A DNA stretch of 32,000 bases from Pyrobaculum aerophilum str. IM2 (lineage in GTDB: Archaea > Thermoproteota > Thermoprotei > Thermoproteales > Thermoproteaceae), in contig NC_003364.1 of assembly GCF_000007225.1 (NCBI RefSeq), positions 150,001 through 182,000 on the forward strand, read 5' to 3'. Below, piece by piece: positions 29,299 through 32,000 of this stretch. The notes beneath the pieces were generated by a model. That model did not search any database and was not told the origin of the DNA. It worked only from the letters and a program-made list of their open reading frames with translations. The translations under genes and the position numbers were made by a program. Each line of letters begins with the position of its first letter. Position 1 is the first letter of the stretch.

Positions 29299-30441
29299 AT
29301 GCTTCTTGATTTTAAAGGCGTGACTGCTATATACGGCCGCCCCGGCGCGGGGAAGACCAGCCTCGCCATGAGAATTGCCCACGAGAGAATTAAGGCGGGC
29401 GAGAGGGTTTTGTGGATTTCTCTGTATGAGGATAAAGAGACGCTCCTCAAAAACGCGGAGTCTCTCGGCTACGACCTATCTAAGGCCGAGGTTTGGGATA
29501 TGATCTTCGTAAAAACCGATGCGATTTTAAACCAAGTGGTCTCCGCCGTGTCGCAGAGCGACTATAAGCTTGTAGTCGTGGACTCCATTTCCTCTGTTGT
29601 GGAGGGGGGCCAGTCGAGGGAATATTTAATCAACGCAGTGTACCGCGTGTTTAAGCCTGCCGGCATTGACTTCATAGGCATAGCTGAGGAGGAGGCAGTG
29701 ACTCCTCTGGATTACATTGCCGACAACCTCATACGCCTTGAATTCAACCTTGTAAACGGCGTTGCCGAGAGGAGGATGTATGTGGTAAAAGCCAGGGGGA
29801 GGAGGGCCGGCTATTTTTTAGAATTCGATATTTTAAGCGGTAAGGGCGTGGTGTTTCTCGACGATCTCCCCAGGCCCCAGCCCAAGGGCGTATGGGAGAG
29901 GCGGGTTGACGCGCTGTCGGGAGGGATCGGCGCAATAAGAGGGGGGAATATATACTTAGTGGTGGGGAGGGGGGCTACTCCCCTTTTAGCCAGGGCCGCC
30001 GCAGAGCTGTCAAGAGAGGGGCTGAGGGTGTTGTACAGAGTCTTCTCCCGCGACGCCACGGCCGTTTCGGCCATGGTGGAGAAATTCGGGGGGCGTGCCG
30101 TAGTGCAACGGGTTGAGCCCCAGCCCCACAGCTATATTACTCACATAAAGGGTTTTTACGACAACCTCGCCGAGATTAACCCCGATGTGGTTATCTCTGA
30201 GGGCGTGGACGTTGAGTTCTTAATGTACGGTTCGAAGGCCCGCGACATAAACCTATACGAGCTGGGAGAGCTGAGAAGACTTGGAATCGCCGCGTTTATA
30301 AACGTGGACAGAGACTGGGGTCTGAGGCATTTGTCAGACGTCGTTATTCTACCGAGGCGCGGAGAGGCTGTTATTTATTCCCCCAACGGGAGGAGGACTT
30401 GTAGATATGAACAAGATCCAGCGCCCCGTTTGATGTGTTAA
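29299..30441 (+). CDS. KaiC/RecA-superfamily ATPase homolog (two-lobed; second lobe degenerate)
   Basis: The N-terminal lobe has Walker A YGRPGAGKTS and Walker B-like LVVVDSIS, and its organisation is typical of archaeal KaiC-like proteins. The second half (GNIYLVVGRGATPLL..) lacks an intact P-loop. Confidence 0.65.
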   Translation: MLLDFKGVTAIYGRPGAGKTSLAMRIAHERIKAGERVLWISLYEDKETLLKNAESLGYDLSKAEVWDMIFVKTDAILNQVVSAVSQSDYKLVVVDSISSVVEGGQSREYLINAVYRVFKPAGIDFIGIAEEEAVTPLDYIADNLIRLEFNLVNGVAERRMYVVKARGRRAGYFLEFDILSGKGVVFLDDLPRPQPKGVWERRVDALSGGIGAIRGGNIYLVVGRGATPLLARAAAELSREGLRVLYRVFSRDATAVSAMVEKFGGRAVVQRVEPQPHSYITHIKGFYDNLAEINPDVVISEGVDVEFLMYGSKARDINLYELGELRRLGIAAFINVDRDWGLRHLSDVVILPRRGEAVIYSPNGRRTCRYEQDPAPRLMC

Positions 30442-31586
30442 AGGAATGTATTAAAATAGAGGGGAGGGCCTTTCTGGGCGGGAAGGTAACCAGAGTGAAG
30501 CTTGGGTCAGGCGAGTGTAAAACTTTGCAACTCTCCAACAAATACCTCATTCTCCCCGGCATGGTGGACATACACGTACACTTCAGAGACTGGGGCCTTT
30601 CCCACAAGGAGACTCTCAGAGGCGGGGCCGCGGCGGCTCTTGCCGGCGGCGTGGTGGCCGTTGGCGATATGCCTAACACAAAGCCCCACATAAGGACGGC
30701 GGATCTTTATAAAAAACGGCTTGAAGAGGGCTCTGCCCTGCCCATTATATACAAAGTGCACATGGGGATCCCCCAGGACTTGGAAGAGCTACGCGCCGCG
30801 AGGCCGCCCACAATTAAAATTTACCCGGAAGACGTGGAGGCCTTCGGCTGGGGGCATATAGAGAAAGCGGCTGAGGCGTGCGCCTCTCTGGGCTGCCGCC
30901 TTGTGTTACACTGCGAGGATCCGGCGTATTTTAAAGAGGGGGAGAGGCCTCCAATTGCCGAGTTGGCATGCGTGGAGAGGACGAGGCAGATGGCGTTTAA
31001 AACCGGCGTGAAAATCCACTTAACTCACATAACGCTATCCCAAACGGCCGAGGCGGCGCGGGGATGGGCCACAGTGGACGCCACCCCCCACCACTTACTT
31101 TTAGACGTTGAGAACTGTAAGGACAGTGGGCTTTGCCACGTCAACCCCCGCCTGAGAACCCCCGAGATGCGTAAAAGACTGCTGGCTGCCTTCGCCTCGG
31201 GGCTGGTGGATATATACGCCACAGACCACGCCCCGCACACCCTAGAGGAGAAGAGGTCAGGGGCCCCTCCCCCGGGAATATGTAGCCTCGACGTGGCTTT
31301 GAGCCTTTTGTTAACGTTGTGGAAAAGGGGTGTGGTAACTCTCAGCGACGTGGTGAGGCTTTATTCCCACAGGCCAGCCCGTTTTTTCGACTTGCAAATC
31401 GACGTGAAAAAGGGCTACTTCACTGTTGTACGCCTAGAGGAATTCACAGTGCGAGGCGAGGAATTCGCCGGTACTTGTAAACACACGCCGTTTGAAGGAT
31501 TCAAAGCCTTCGGCCGAGTCTTCGCCACGTCAGTCGGCGGCAGGATCTATTTTAAAGACGGCGATGTTTATATGATAAATATCTAA
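30435..31586 (+). CDS. pyrC: Dihydroorotase
   Basis: PGMVDIHVHFRDWG..KETL..GGAAAALAGGVVAVGDMPNTKP gives the HxH metal site and the MPNT motif. It also has LHCED, HLTHIT and ATDHAPH. The GTG start overlaps the preceding gene by 7 nt. Confidence 0.85.
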   Translation: MLKECIKIEGRAFLGGKVTRVKLGSGECKTLQLSNKYLILPGMVDIHVHFRDWGLSHKETLRGGAAAALAGGVVAVGDMPNTKPHIRTADLYKKRLEEGSALPIIYKVHMGIPQDLEELRAARPPTIKIYPEDVEAFGWGHIEKAAEACASLGCRLVLHCEDPAYFKEGERPPIAELACVERTRQMAFKTGVKIHLTHITLSQTAEAARGWATVDATPHHLLLDVENCKDSGLCHVNPRLRTPEMRKRLLAAFASGLVDIYATDHAPHTLEEKRSGAPPPGICSLDVALSLLLTLWKRGVVTLSDVVRLYSHRPARFFDLQIDVKKGYFTVVRLEEFTVRGEEFAGTCKHTPFEGFKAFGRVFATSVGGRIYFKDGDVYMINI

Positions 31587-31626
31587 CCCTTGCTTCAATT
31601 TTATATTTGCGTCAGCGACTTAATGC

Positions 31627-32000
31627 CTATAGAGGCACTAGGGATAAGGCGGCGTAGACGGCGAGAGCGGCAATATACGCCAGCGCTAGATTAACCACAA
31701 CGCTTAACGCCGTCAGTTTTAGGCCCACTGTTCTGTACAACACAGAAAGCGTGGCTATACACGCCGAATAAAAGGCGGTAAACACGAGAAACGCCATTAT
31801 GCTGGAAAGAGGCAACGTGGAAATTATTTGCAACCCGCCTGTGGCCTCTAATAGTCCCAACACCACTTCTTTAAAAATCCACCCGCCAACAAGGGGCATA
31901 ACTACTTGCCAGGGCAGTCCCATTGGCTCAAACAACGGCTCTAAGGCGTTTCCAATGGCTGCTAGATATGATTGAGAGATATCCTCTACATATCCGCCTG
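31627..32000 (-). CDS. feoB: 3' end of a ferrous iron transporter FeoB-like gene (continues beyond the window)
   Basis: The frame stays open upstream of the listed TTG to the window edge. The translation ..GGYVEDISQSYLAAIGNALEPLFEPMGLPWQVVMPLVGGWIFKEVVLGLL..FLVFTAFYSACIATLSVLYRTVG.. matches the FeoB C-terminal gate/permease pattern (..iG..leP.F.PlG..W......l.G..AKE.vv..l.....FLvF.l.Y.PC.at......E.g). Confidence 0.7.
   Translation of the reverse strand, partial: GGYVEDISQSYLAAIGNALEPLFEPMGLPWQVVMPLVGGWIFKEVVLGLLEATGGLQIISTLPLSSIMAFLVFTAFYSACIATLSVLYRTVGLKLTALSVVVNLALAYIAALAVYAALSLVPL

Noticed and set aside
27668-29382. Multiple short ORFs inside or antisense to the GH13 gene (27668-28069, 27690-27962, 27972-28166, 28303-28503, 28977-29250, 29074-29382)
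   Set aside because: All are embedded in a gene with four clear GH13 motifs in one frame. Their Arg/Pro/Gly-rich compositions are typical of off-frame GC-rich translation.
1-32000. Search for CRISPR arrays, tRNA or rRNA genes, integrases and transposases
   Set aside because: There is no regularly spaced direct repeat array. I saw no GGTTCRAATCC-type T-loop or cloverleaf candidates in the intergenic gaps. No ORF has recognisable tyrosine-recombinase or DDE motifs.

Overview
This is a crenarchaeal chromosomal segment. It is almost certainly Pyrobaculum, P. aerophilum-like, because I recognise the superoxide dismutase sequence, the paREP-type repeat genes and the leaderless genes sitting ~20-27 nt downstream of TATA boxes. 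I can support about 45 protein-coding genes or gene remnants. I found no rRNA, tRNA or CRISPR array.

Housekeeping anchors are Fe/Mn SOD, dihydroorotase, an ABC-2 exporter pair, a GH13 alpha-amylase-family enzyme, a QueF-like archaeosine-pathway protein, a KaiC-like ATPase, an amidohydrolase and the 3' end of feoB.

Accessory material sits between these anchors:
- a HEPN-nucleotidyltransferase fusion;
- a minus-strand cluster of large secreted or membrane-anchored proteins rich in N-glycosylation sequons (3.6-9.9 kb);
- a visibly low-G+C island (~11.0-14.2 kb);
- paREP-type repeat genes: one PaREP1-like gene, one intact paREP2a/2b-like divergent pair and one decayed inverted copy of that pair;
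- two loci broken by frameshifts near short homopolymer runs.

Two candidates stand out:
1. A cysteine-free TGT-family paralog at 16449-17366 that keeps only the catalytic core. It is paired with an RHH gene and bracketed by inverted paREP2 copies. It is a candidate DpdA-like 7-deazaguanine transglycosylase, in a genome that also encodes QueF-like.
2. A tightly coupled operon inside the low-G+C island (11995-13982) encoding a Tat-signal protein, an 85-aa hydrophobic peptide, a radical-SAM/SPASM-like enzyme and a 54-aa peptide. A CPBP intramembrane protease lies beside it.

All family assignments come from reading motifs by eye and from memory. No searches were run, and the G+C statements are visual estimates.
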